64,000 bases of DNA. Source: Daphnia carinata (taxonomy: Eukaryota). The notes under the pieces are model-generated. The model searched no databases and was not told where the DNA came from. It saw only the letters and a list, made by a program, of their open reading frames with translations. A program made the position numbers and the translations under genes. Every line of letters begins with the position of its first letter. Position 1 is the stretch's first letter. The stretch covers positions 8,556,001 through 8,620,000 of the forward strand of contig NC_081331.1 of NCBI RefSeq assembly GCF_022539665.2, in the 5' to 3' direction. This document shows positions 13,201 through 25,079 of the stretch, one piece after another.

Positions 13201-14805
13201 TCGATGGGTCACTCAATCAACAGAACAGGCCCATTCTGAACGATCTGTTGGAAACAGGGCCGAATTTGAACCCAGACTTATTAGCGGTATTACTGCGATT
13301 CCGATAACACAAGAAATACTGGATAGTAGACATCACGCAGGCATTCTACAGATAGGAATACAAGAGGAACATGCGAAAATAGTCAGATTCATATGGATAA
13401 AAAATCCGCACCAGGAGCTGGCAGAGCTGGTGGAGTACAAAAGAAACGAGTCCCATTTGGGCTTTCAAGCGTCCCATTTATACTTAGGGCAGTGATCCTA
13501 AAATGTGTAGAAGATAACGAAGCACAATTTTCAGAACTTGCGGAACAAATGAGAAAGCAATTGTACGTAGATGATTGGCTAGGAGGTGCCAAGACGATAC
13601 GGCAAGCAGTGGAACTGACCGTGCAATTACAACAGCTGTTCAGTATGGCGAAGATGCAACTAAAAAGGTGGACACCCAATAACAAAGCAATAAGAGAACA
13701 ACTAAGGACAATACAGTTCCACAACGAACAGTAACCGTGGGAGAAGGCAATGAAGAGATCGTAAAGGCCCTAGGAGTAACGTGGGACCCAAGAACAGGTA
13801 CCTTCCGATTCAATACTAAAGAGATAATAGAAGAGATAAACAAATGAACAAAAGGCCTACTAAGAGATCTTTAGCCTGGCACTAAAAGTGTTTGATCCTC
13901 TAGGACTGATATCACCAATAGTAGTGGTAGCGAAGATAATCATGCAGAGGGTATGGATGGCAAAGATGGGATGGGACGAGCCAATTCCGGCAAAAATAAT
14001 ACCACACTGGGAAACATTCGTGAAAGAATTATCAGACCTAACAGACACTAGAATAGACAGATGGTAGCGGAAGGCTGGCAACAATTACACCTGTTCCATG
14101 ATGCCAGCGATGACGCATACAGCGGGGCAGAGTATATACAGAACGGGGATCAGACCAGGTTACTATGTTGTAGACGGAAGATGTAGACCGGAATAGCACC
14201 AGACCCCAAGAAATCTGTGTCCACACCACGATTGGAATTACTGAATAACCTGCTAGCAGTGAATTTAGGAAGCTATATTGAGACAGCACTGAGCACACCT
14301 TTGGATAAAACTCTATGGACCGATTCAGCCATAGCCTACTGGGGGATAAATGGAGAGTCTGGACAGTGGAAACAATTTGTCCACAACAGGGTAAGAGAAA
14401 TCAGGGAAAAGGTTTCGGAATACGCAATATGATACTGCCAAGGAAAATATTGAATCCAGAATCCAGCAAACATAGCTTCAAGAGGAGCCACAGTGAGCCT
14501 CTTGAATAAAAAAAGAGCCTGGTGGCTGGGGCCGGATTGGCTGAACGACAGAAGCAGATGACCAGAAAACCCAGTGCAAGCAGATAAAAGGTGGGCGATA
14601 GACAAAACCAGAAGAGCTAAGAATAGCGATGTAACACAATGTAGAATAACAAATGAGGAAAAATGGTATGAAGATTATGGAAAGCTGCGAACCATCAAGA
14701 ATATGGGCAACGGTTAAAAGAGCGGTGCAGCAGTTGAAAGGCGAAGCAAGTCCGACACGCAGTTGGGCAAAGTCACAGTAGGACCATACAAAAAGGATTT
14801 CAGTA

Positions 14806-15111
14806 TGTTGGGAATATATTAGATTCCCAACAGCAGACGACGCGGTCTGGACGCCGCACGAGGCTGCCCAGCCGTTTTAGCGCTTTTGAATTGGGTGGTC
14901 CTCGATAGAGGGCCACCATTGTACATTCCTTGTATGTAAGCCCCGCCCTAGGCCTATTGGCCGTCTCGGAAGAGAGGGCAAGGGGCAGTCAGTCAGAAAA
15001 TACACTCGCTACCGTGCACAACAAGCTGAACCAGTGTTCCCGTGTTCATCTTCAAAACATCTTCAATTTATCAAAGGTAAAAATCAGACACGGGCTGATT
15101 ATTTCCCTTCA
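14806..15111 (+). repeat. BEL-A 5' LTR
   Basis: TGTTGGGAAT...CCCTTCA, identical to 21044-21349. Confidence 0.97.
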
Positions 15112-15125
15112 TGGTCCTTCGAACC
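15112..15125 (+). promoter_or_regulatory. primer-binding site, tRNA-Tyr-like
   Basis: TGGTCCTTCGAACC directly after the 5' LTR. Complementary to the tRNA-Tyr 3' end (TGGTCCTTCGAGCC) with one mismatch. Confidence 0.85.
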
Positions 15126-15449
15126 TTTAATTCTTAACTTAAGTTAACTTTCTTACTTTAAGCTAATTTACTTGTTGTGTTCTGTGGGGGAGTTTTTCTG
15201 AGCTCACCCCTTTTCGTCCCTAGAGACCACGTGCGAACTTTTCCCTTTTGAACACGTGTTACCCTAAGCGTGTGAAACCTTTTTTTGCTGTTTCACCACG
15301 CGATTAGTTAAGACTCGTGAATTTTTTTTTCCTTTTTTTGCCTTTTACCACTCGTTGAGCCACCGTGTGAAACTTTTTTCTTTCACCACGTATGGAGTGT
15401 GTAGGCACCCTTTTTTTCCCTTTTGCCTTTAAATTGTTAGGGTAAACAC

Positions 15450-18400
15450 GTGGTTGGCGGCCAAACACGGCAAAACCAGGCACCAGTTCAAGTAGCAGCA
15501 GCAGCAGCTCCAATTCAACAAGCAACACGTCTTCCCCAAAGACAAATCAAGCATTTTAAAGGAGATATTCTTGAGTGGACATCATTCTGGGAGAGCTTTA
15601 ATGCCTCCATTCACTCGTCTACAATGTCGGATGTCCAAAAATTCGACTACTTAAAAGAATATTTAAAAGGGGAAGCGTACTTGTGCGTTGAAAATCTGGA
15701 ACTCACCGCAGCAAACTACAACATAGCCATAGCAGAGCTAAAAAGAGTCTACGCTAAACCAAAGGCTCTTATTCAAACTCATTTATGCAAGTTTGACAAC
15801 CTAGCTCCTGTCAAGACAATGGCAGACGTATCGGCGCTGAGAAAATTGCAGCTCACAGTCCAGTCTCATATTAACGCCTTGGAAACCCTCGGGGTTCGAA
15901 AAGAATCATTTGGAGGACTCCTTGGCACAAAACTAATGAAATTGCTTCCTGCAGAATTGCAGAAAGAGTGGTCGAGCTCTGAAGAAAACGACATCACAGA
16001 CATCGCATCCCTACTGAATTTCATCAGGGATGAAGTTGACGCAGCGGAGAGGTACAGCCGATGGAAATCGGAAACCACAAAAACGCCACAACAGTCAACA
16101 TCGCCAAGTCCAGCGAAACCAATACACGCTGCCACAGCATCACAGCTGGCGATTGGAGCCAGATCACAACCAGCTCCACACACCAGCAAAAACTCCAGAC
16201 AATTTGTGCCACCGTCAAACACACCTTTTAGGAGACAGGACAATTTTATCATGCGAGAATGCACAAGACCATGCATTTTCTGCGGGGAAGTTCACTACCC
16301 CACGGTTTGTCCAGTGAACCTAAAAGAAAAAAAGGCCATCATCGCTAAGCTGAAAAGGTGCGTCAGATGCTTCAGTGCAAACCACGAAACTCTGAACTGC
16401 ACCACAAACTACACTTGCAAACATTGCCAAGCCATTCATCACACGGCTCTCTGCGACAAAAAGCAGACACGTTTTGCGCACCAAACTGTTAATGGCAACA
16501 GCGCCATCACAAATGTTACGGCGTCTGCTGCAAGCGCAAACACCCCAGGCAATCTCGTGGTGAAGACAGCTACAGTAAATGTAGTAGGCCCAAATGGCAA
16601 ACAAACAAGAGCCATTTTATTTATAGACGACGGCAGCCATAGATCTTGGGTCACAAGATCTATTTCAAAATTGTTGGATCTCAAAGTGGTGGCAGTGGAA
16701 AACATCGGTACCAGAGTTTTCAAGCAACGAAAACCCAATCCAGTGGAAAAGACAAATTCAGTCGAGCTGACATTTAGGGGCACTTGGCATGGTGCCCCAC
16801 TCGTCAAAATTACAGCACTAGAAACGGACTACATTGGAGACACTGGTCCATATGCCCACACAACATTCGCACAAAAATTGTGGCTGGACAACGAAAGAAT
16901 GGCTGACGACAGGTTCGAGACAAACAGCCAGGAAAAAGATGTCGGGATTTTAATAGGAGTCGACCAGATGTTTGAAATCATCCCTAACGAAGCAGCTATC
17001 CAAAGCCCGTGTGGCCTAAGGGCCTACAACACAAAACTTGGGCGGATGATAGTTGGACCTTCTAAAGAAAAAAATTCGAAAAAAGGCAAAGCATTGATCC
17101 AGCAAATGCTGCAATGCAGTAGTTTCTCTGCCCAATCAGTAGCTTCATATGCAGCCGGCTGCCTTAATTCAAACTACACTTTTACAACTCTTCCAGAAGA
17201 AAAGGAGAAAACGCCGGATGTAAAGGAGAAAAAGGAATCTTCATCTCCCCACCCGACCTCTATGGAAGAAATTTCCATAGAGAACTCCAAAATTAAAGAA
17301 AAAAAGAAGACTGTAAAAGAGGAATTAAAGAGGCAGACGGACTTTGATCTATCCTTGTTTTGGAAGCTAGAACACTTCGCCATTTTAGACGATTGCGATG
17401 CAGTGGAGCCAGACGATCCTCTAGGCTCCTTTGGAGACAAAATCACCCGTCAAAAAGATGGGCGATACTGCACCCCAATCCCATGGAAAACGGATAAGTG
17501 GAGGTTGGAGAAAAATTTCCTGATGGCTAAAGGAAGACTGGAGAGTCTTTTAAACAGACTCAAGAAAACGCCAGCGCTTCTATCGGCTTACCACCAGGAG
17601 ATCGAGCAACTCAGAGTCCAAAACTTCGTAGAAAAGGCAGACCTAAACTACGATGGACTCCACACTTATCTGCCACATCATCCTGTCATCCGACAGGATA
17701 AAACAACCACGAAAATCCGACCGGTCTTTGATGGAGCGGCTTAGTCCAAATTTGGACCAAGCCTCAACGACGTCCTAGAAACCGGTCCGAACCTGAATCC
17801 TGACCTGCTAGCCGTTCTAATGCGATTCCGATTAAATCGGATCGCATGGATAGCAGATATTGAAAAAGCTTTTTTAAACATCGCCCTGCATCCTGAAGAC
17901 TCAGAAGCAGTACGATTCCTGTGGGTAACGGAACCAGAAACATCTGGCTCCCCTTTAGTTGCTTACAAATGGAAGCGAGTTCCATTTGGACTCAGTTCCA
18001 GCCCATTCTTGCTTAGAGTTACCCTCAACAAGCATTTGGATGGAATGGAGCCACTGTACTCCACTACAGTAAAACAGCTAAAAGAGCAAATTTACGTCGA
18101 CGACTACCTAGGTGGCGCCGACAGCATTCCCACAGCCAAAAACAGGATTCAGGAAACAAAGGCCATCTTCCAGGAGGCTAAACTCAACATGCGAAGCTGG
18201 GTGACAAACGACAAAACACTTCGCAAATTTCTCAGTGAGAAGGGGCTTATCAACCCCATTGTCAAAATCTTCACTCAGAAACTGGAAGAGGGCCAACCAA
18301 AGGTCCTAGGCATTCGGTGGGACACCGAATCCGACACATTCCAATTCGACCCCGCGCCCATCATTGAAGCCGCAACAGAATTGGGGGACCTTGTCACCAA

Positions 18401-21146
18401 AAGAAATATCCTACGGATATCGGCAAGAGTGTTTGATCCCATTGGGTTCTTAGCACCCACTACACTCCTGCTAAAAATCATCTACCAGAAGCTTTGGGAA
18501 GCAGAAATTGACTGGGACGTCGAAGCGCCGCCGGAAATTGCACAAACATGGATAACTGCTATGACTGGGTTGAACGAGTTCGCCAAATTGAAAATCCCCC
18601 GCTGGATAGGCCACTCGAAAAGGGTCATACAATCAGCAGAAATTCACGTCTTCGGGGATGCTTCTGAGGCGGCGTATGGAGCCGTTGCTTACGCAAGGCT
18701 CCAAACAAAAAACAACGAAACCAGCATTCACTTTCTAGCCAGTAAAACGAAAGTGGCACCTCTCCCAAAGAAAAAAGTTACCCTACCTCGACTGGAGTTA
18801 TTAGGCTCGCTTCTAGCCGCAAGGCTAGGAGAAAAACTGAAAAATTTTCTTCACACAGAGTCATGGCGAACCATATTTTGGACAGACTCTTTGGTAGCAC
18901 TTGGGTGGATCAGAGGAGATCCTAACAGATGGAAACCATTTGTTAGGAACCAAGTGGAAGCTATCAGAAAGCTGTCTGGAGTGAGTTGGTGGCGGCACTG
19001 CCCGGGCATACACAATCCTGCGGATCTTGCCTCGCGGGGAGCGCCAGCGTCAGCGCTGGTACACTCCGAGCTATGGTGGAATGGTCCACCATGGCTTAAA
19101 GAAGAAACAGAATGGCCGGATTCAACACCCGATGCAGGAGAAACAAGCATCCACGAAAAGATCGAAGCGGAAGCCAAAGGAAAAACCGTCATCATGTCGG
19201 TGGTTACCGTGGAACCAGCTACCCCAATGGAATGGCAGCTGGAACGAATTCCATCATGGAATCGACTACTTCGACGAACCGCCTGGATGCTTAGGTTCCT
19301 CCACAAGAATCGCCCCATCAACAGAACGCAAATCAGAACTCCAATCAAGATAGGAGACGAAAAGGAAATACTGGTAGACCATCTGACAGTAGAGGAACTG
19401 ACGAAGGCGGAGCTACTGATCTACAGGCAGCTCCAAAAAGAAGCATTTCCAAAGACGTTCCAAGACCTACAAGAGGGAAGGCAACCACACCACAAGGAGA
19501 AAATTGCCAAACTCCGACCCGTGTGGGATGAAAGAGACAAGCTGATCAGAGTGACCGGAAGGGTCGAATTGGCACTAAGAGACAGGGACATTGAACCTGC
19601 CATACTGCTGCCCACTCACCACCCAGTCGTCAAATTGCTCATCGCAGATAGGCACGTCTCACTTAAACACGCCGGAGTGAAAACTACCCTCTCCGATTTA
19701 CGGGAACGTTTTTGGATTATCAAAGGGCGTCAGCAGACCAAATCTGTTTGGCATGCCTGCGTCAAGTGCCAACGGCTAACTTCACCACCATTTACTGAAG
19801 TAGCTGCACCTCTACCACTGAATCGCTTGAAACAAGCGAAAGCCTTCGAAATCACGGGTGTGGATTTCGCAGGGCCATTGTATTACAAACACCCAATATC
19901 ACGTAAGAAACGCAAGCAAGCGGAACTTACGACCTCCGTGGATCCCCCACAAACGGATGATCCAAGTGTGGAGACTCCAGCCGAGCCTCCAGCCATGGAA
20001 CAAACGGAGGAAAAAGAAAACCTCCAACCGGACGACTCAGGCAAGAAGAAAAAGGGTACAATCAAGCAACCCAAAAGTTATGCCTGCTTATTCACCTGTG
20101 CGGTGACTAGGGCCGTCCACCTGGAGTTGACTAAAACCATGTCAGCACGTGACTTTCTCCTAGCCTTCAGAAGATTTTCAGCTAGGAGAGGTAACGTGTC
20201 TGTCATGTATTCGGATAACGCACAAACATTTAGGTGCGTTTCCAAACACTTAAAGGTCTTGAGATCCGATCCAGCGATCCATGACCTCCTAGCCATGCGA
20301 AAAACCGAGTGGATCTTCTCCGCCAGCCTAGCCCCATGGTGGGGAGGCTTCTGGGAACGCATGGTTAGGACAATGAAAGACCTACTACGGCGTTCCAATG
20401 GCCGTGCGTGTCTAGAATACGACGAGTTGGAAGTCAGTTTGATCGAGACAGAAAGCGTAGTGAACGCAAGGCCACTCACCTACGTGGCAGAGGGGAGTGA
20501 TGATCCACTTCCCATCACTCCGAACCAATTTCTGAACAACAGACGATCTAATTGCACTCCCCCGGAGCCAGTAATTAATCTACTGACTCCCGACCCAACC
20601 AACGCACGACTCATCGAAATGGACCACCTACGTAGAGACTATGTCAAGGACACTTGCGAGCGATTCGTCAATGACTACTTGCTCCAAGTAGACAATTTTC
20701 ACTGCAAGGGAGGACCTGGACGCAAGATCCGAGTAGGCGAAGTTGTCACCATCCACGATGACAACACGAAACGACTTATGTGGACCGTCGGTGTGGTGAA
20801 AGAGCTGATTTCCAGCCGAGACGGGCTGATTCGATCTGTAACGGTCAAGACCCCTAACGGAAACTTGATCAACCGAGCGATTCAGTCCCTACACCCCCTG
20901 GAATTACGCGAGGACCAGCCCGACGACGTTGAAGTACTACCCGCGCCGGAAATGGAGCCGGAAGAAGACACAACTCCATCCGTGTCAGCTGCCAGCCCGG
21001 TCGAAGAGAGCGAACCGTGGAGCACGGGCTCTGGTGGGGAGTGTGTTGGGAATATATTAGATTCCCAACAGCAGACGACGCGGTCTGGACGCCGCACGAG
21101 GCTGCCCAGCCGTTTTAGCGCTTTTGAATTGGGTGGTCCTCGATAG
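15450..21146 (+). pseudogene. BEL-A gag-pol polyprotein, single frame with one in-frame TAG (17742-17744) and apparently lacking the gag N-terminus
   Basis: ORFs 15450-17744 and 17820-21146 share a frame. Motifs: DUF1759-like FKGDILEWTSFWESF, triple Cys/His knuckle, IDDGS protease, DIEKAF..VPFG..YVDD RT, FGDAS..PRLEL..WTDS RNase H, H..H..C..C, GVDFAGP..SDN..WWGGFWERM integrase. Confidence 0.92.
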
Positions 21147-21349
21147 AGGGCCACCATTGTACATTCCTTGTATGTAAGCCCCGCCCTAGGCCTATTGGCC
21201 GTCTCGGAAGAGAGGGCAAGGGGCAGTCAGTCAGAAAATACACTCGCTACCGTGCACAACAAGCTGAACCAGTGTTCCCGTGTTCATCTTCAAAACATCT
21301 TCAATTTATCAAAGGTAAAAATCAGACACGGGCTGATTATTTCCCTTCA
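21044..21349 (+). repeat. BEL-A 3' LTR (pol ORF ends inside it at 21146)
   Basis: Identical to 14806-15111. Confidence 0.97.
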
Positions 21350-23429
21350 CAGTATTCTTACAGTTGACGAAGTAGGGGAAGCTGAGTTAGACCTATGGAG
21401 GGAAATGCAGAGAGAAACATTTCCAGAAGTCCAGCATATACCAGCAATCAAAGAAAACAAAACATGGAAACTTGAAAAACTAAGGAAACTGGGGATAATT
21501 TGGGAGAATAAAAACAGGTTATTAAGACGCACTGGCAGGCATCAGAACCGGCTAACCTACAATAACAGAGAACCAGTAATACTGCTCCCGGAAGACCAAT
21601 ATTTCACAAAGACGCTAATAGAACAGACACACGAAAGGTTAAAAACACACAGGCGTAAATACGACGATGGCCGAGATAAGGAGGACGTTCTGAGTCCCTA
21701 ATTAAAGGCAGACAGTGAAGGAGTTAAAAAGATGCATGAAATGTGAGAAATTAGACAAAGGGCGTTTAATGAGATACCAGCACCGCTACCGGTAGACAGG
21801 CTTCAGATATCAAACCCGTTCGATGGGACGGGGATTGATTTCGCAGGACCTTTTACGCTGATAGGAGCCACAAAAAACGAACAGGCAAAGGGTTACATTT
21901 TTCCATTCACATGTGCGGCGACAAGAGCGATACACTTGGAGGTAGCCACTGGCCGAGATACGACGTCATTCATATATGCACTCCGAAGGTTCTTCCCAAG
22001 GAGAGACGTTCTGAAGGTAATGTACTCAGACAATGAGCGCACCTTTACGCAAGTAGCGCAATACTTGCAAGCTGCATATAAGAGCGAAAAAGTTTATAAT
22101 ACGCTAGTGAACCTCAACGTAAAATGGAGGTTATCACCGAGCCTAGCTCCCTGGTAGGGAGGGTTTTGGGGGAGGATGGTACAGATGGTAAAAAAGCTGT
22201 TGTACAAGACGTGTGGAAGTAAATGCCTGGAATATGATATATTCCATCAGTGTTAACAGAGATCGAGGACACCATCAACTCGAGACCGCTGGCTTATATA
22301 TCAGATGAAGACAACGAGCATCTAACGTCCAAACAGTTAATATCAGGATACAAACAGAGACAAAAACACCCCAACGATGATGAAGAAAGGGAATACTCTA
22401 ACAGCATCTCCCTTACAAGGAGAGAAAAAATACGCAGAAATCTGCTAGCTCAATGGTGGGAAGGCCTCTACAGAGAGTATGTAGTAGACCTGGAAAAATT
22501 TCCCTGCCCTACACCAAGCAGCAAAGAGCGAGTGGAAGTGGGGCAGGTAGTATTGATACACGACCATCATTGCAAACGATCGAAGTGGAATATTGGGAGA
22601 GTAGCAAAGATCTATACAGGGTCGGACGGGAAAGTAAGGAGAACAGGAGTTCTGATAGCCGATAAAATGAAAGGAGTTGGATCCATACCAATACACCGGG
22701 ATATGAAAAGTCTCTGTCCACTAGAATGACACGCAGGGCAGATTGATAGAGACCGTACCAACACAGCTCCGTTTCCCCCAAATTTAGAGATAGGATCGGA
22801 CTCTGAGTTAGATGAGGGTCCGACGGGGGGAGTGTCAGAAATTCCGACGTCCGACCCACGCCCAGGGTCCGACAAGGGAGAAGAAGACAACACAGGAAGA
22901 CAAGGGGTATCGGTAGACGGAGAAGGAAGAAGATTTGCCGAAGAAACATTGGAGACATGATACAGAATAGATGAACCGTCAATCGGAGAGAAAGGAGCTC
23001 CAGGCGGAAGCATCAGAACAAGACCGGAGATGTAGAACAGACTCGTCGTAAGACGACATAAGATTAAACGTTAACGGGAAAAGAATGAATTTGAACCGCA
23101 TAACCGACCGGAGAAAGGTCGGTAGCCCGGGAGATGATATTGTAATGTGGTGACTGTTTCTACATATACTTATGTAGAACGGTCTCTAGCAATAGAAGAC
23201 CTAACCGGATGGTAGCAACCAACGGTAAGGAAAGAGGCTATAGCCACAAGGAAAATGGTTCAAGCCCCCGGAAGACATGGTCGGAGTTATATGAGGAGAG
23301 GATCATCTCGCGGCCAGGAGAAAGAAAATTAGCGGTGATATTTGGACCAGCGTTTAAAATTGTGTTTAATTGAGCATTTAAAACTGTAAACGGTGTTTTT
23401 TCTGTGTGCGTATATTTATAAATACGGAT

Positions 23430-23940
23430 TCGGGCTTGCTGGGGCAATTCTTCGCAATATTCCTGCTTCTCATATTGATAGCAGATGGGTCGTTCTTCCG
23501 GTGTACGGCTGCACGGGCGATGTGCACCGCCGGTTTCTTCCCGTGAAACTGCTGCTGAGAGGTGAGCTTAGCCACCACCTTGAGGTCACGGATGGCTTGT
23601 AATAGTTCGCGGTTTACAACTTCAGCTGGGGCCAAGGCGGCGACTGGCATTTCACTCCCGTGGGCGGACCCACCACCGGTACGGACTTATCGTAATGACG
23701 CAATGCGATCATTACGATAGGTCCGTACTTTGACCTTTTTTGCCGTCGCAAGCATTTGAAAAATTCGGCGCTGGTTCTAGGGCTGAATGGGCAAATTTTC
23801 CCCACGAATACCTGTTTGAAATCTTGATAGAAATGTTCGACTTTTGCCGCTTGGTCATTCACGGGTGGACCGTCAGACGTTAACTGCGGACGTCGTTGAA
23901 AAATTCGATGGGAGATTCATCAAATTGATGGATCCTCCTA
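23430..23940 (-). mobile_element. Gypsy gag remnant
   Basis: Minus-strand RTPEERPICYQ (decayed RT.DGRPIC knuckle lead-in) and KVEHFYQD..PRTSAEFF segments. Confidence 0.45.
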
Positions 23941-25079
23941 GTTTGACCATTTCTTATTTGTAATACCCTTTTTTACTCACGCTTACAATTTCCAAACTAA
24001 TTTGTTTTGTCATTACCATCTTCTGTCTACTTTGACATGCGTTTCATACGCTTATTATAATTTTCTATTCGTTAAGTTTTAGTTTCCTTTTTGTTTTTGA
24101 AAAAAGCTCTAGCAATACTCAAACCAGGTAAGGGTTTGGTAGTTAGAATAAATTCGAGATTGTCCTTGGGGAATTGGAGACTGTTATTTTGTACCCTCTT
24201 CTTTTTAAAGGCAAGAAAACCATCACTGTCTATAATGAAATGGTAAGCATAAAACACTAGTGAAAGCATCTAAGTCGCAGCACTAACAAAAGTGGAGGAA
24301 GTATTTTAAGATCTACCCTTTCCTGCCATGCGCAATTTGACAGTGAAATCTCCCTACTACAACACTTTTACAGTACAGTACAGGCATAGTCAACCGGGCT
24401 AAGATGCCCCACTGAAAAGAAAATCAATGCTAAAAATGCCTCACGAAATTTCGAAATTAATTTGAGTAACAGTAAACAAATTGTTTAAATATGGAAAATA
24501 ATGTTTTGTTTACAACACAACTTGCAACAACGTACAACAACAACTATTCTGGCCCGCTATTTAAGTCTTTATATTTGCTAATACCAAGACGAATTGTTCC
24601 AAGTCATAAAATCTTTAGCTTCTACGGCTTCGACTTCATGGAGTGTTGGCTTCATGCCACTGTTTGCGAACATCGTTGTTCGTGCACATTTCTGGAATAC
24701 TGCAATGTTGTCAATGTTATTGCACTGTGCAGTTGTTACAATGCTACAAATATTGTAGTGAACATTTAAAAAATTTTACCAAGTTTTACTTCATGCATTA
24801 TGATGTTGGTTGGTTAATTTTATTTGTAATCTTATATACATTTAAAATGTTTTACTTGTGATAGTTTTATAAATGCGCCATTTTGTCTGTGCTATTTATT
24901 ATAAACGAAGCCTTTTATTTATGACGATATTTAGTAATGAAACTTCATATTTGTGAAAATAATTTTTTCATGAGTTCTAATGAAAATTTCCACTTAGCAA
25001 AATATTTACTCAAGATAACTTGTTCAGTGATCAGAATTACTTAGGCAGAAATGTGTAGCATATTTTAAAAAATCCGACC

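Larger units (their letters stand above)
14806..21349 (+). mobile_element. young BEL/Pao LTR retrotransposon (BEL-A)
   Basis: Two 306-bp TG..CA LTRs with no differences seen, 5-bp TSD CAGTA (14801-14805, 21350-21354), PBS, PPT ggtggggagtg (21033-21043), and gag-PR-RT-RH-IN domain order. Confidence 0.97.
10892..23420 (+). mobile_element. old, heavily decayed BEL/Pao retrotransposon hosting the young BEL; 5' LTR remnant 10892-~10965, 3' LTR 22833-~23420 (truncated)
   Basis: Pol remnants with many stops: LETGPNLNPDLLAVL, RVPFGLSSVPF..YVDDWLGG, STPRLELL..WTDS..FVHNRV, GIDFAGPF, YSDNERTF, PW*GGFW, INSRPL, ..LCPLE. The frame continues across the CAGTA insertion site. PPT gacggggggag precedes 22833. 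The first ~73 bp of 10892 and 22833 are ~86% identical. Confidence 0.85.

Noticed and set aside
11400..14805. Possible G-to-A hypermutation of the old BEL
   Set aside because: The stops and indels are of mixed types; this cannot be separated from ordinary decay without a consensus.
14930..15130. 66-aa ORF repeated at 21168
   Set aside because: It is LTR sequence with a non-ATG start; the 21168 version simply runs into the old BEL pol frame.
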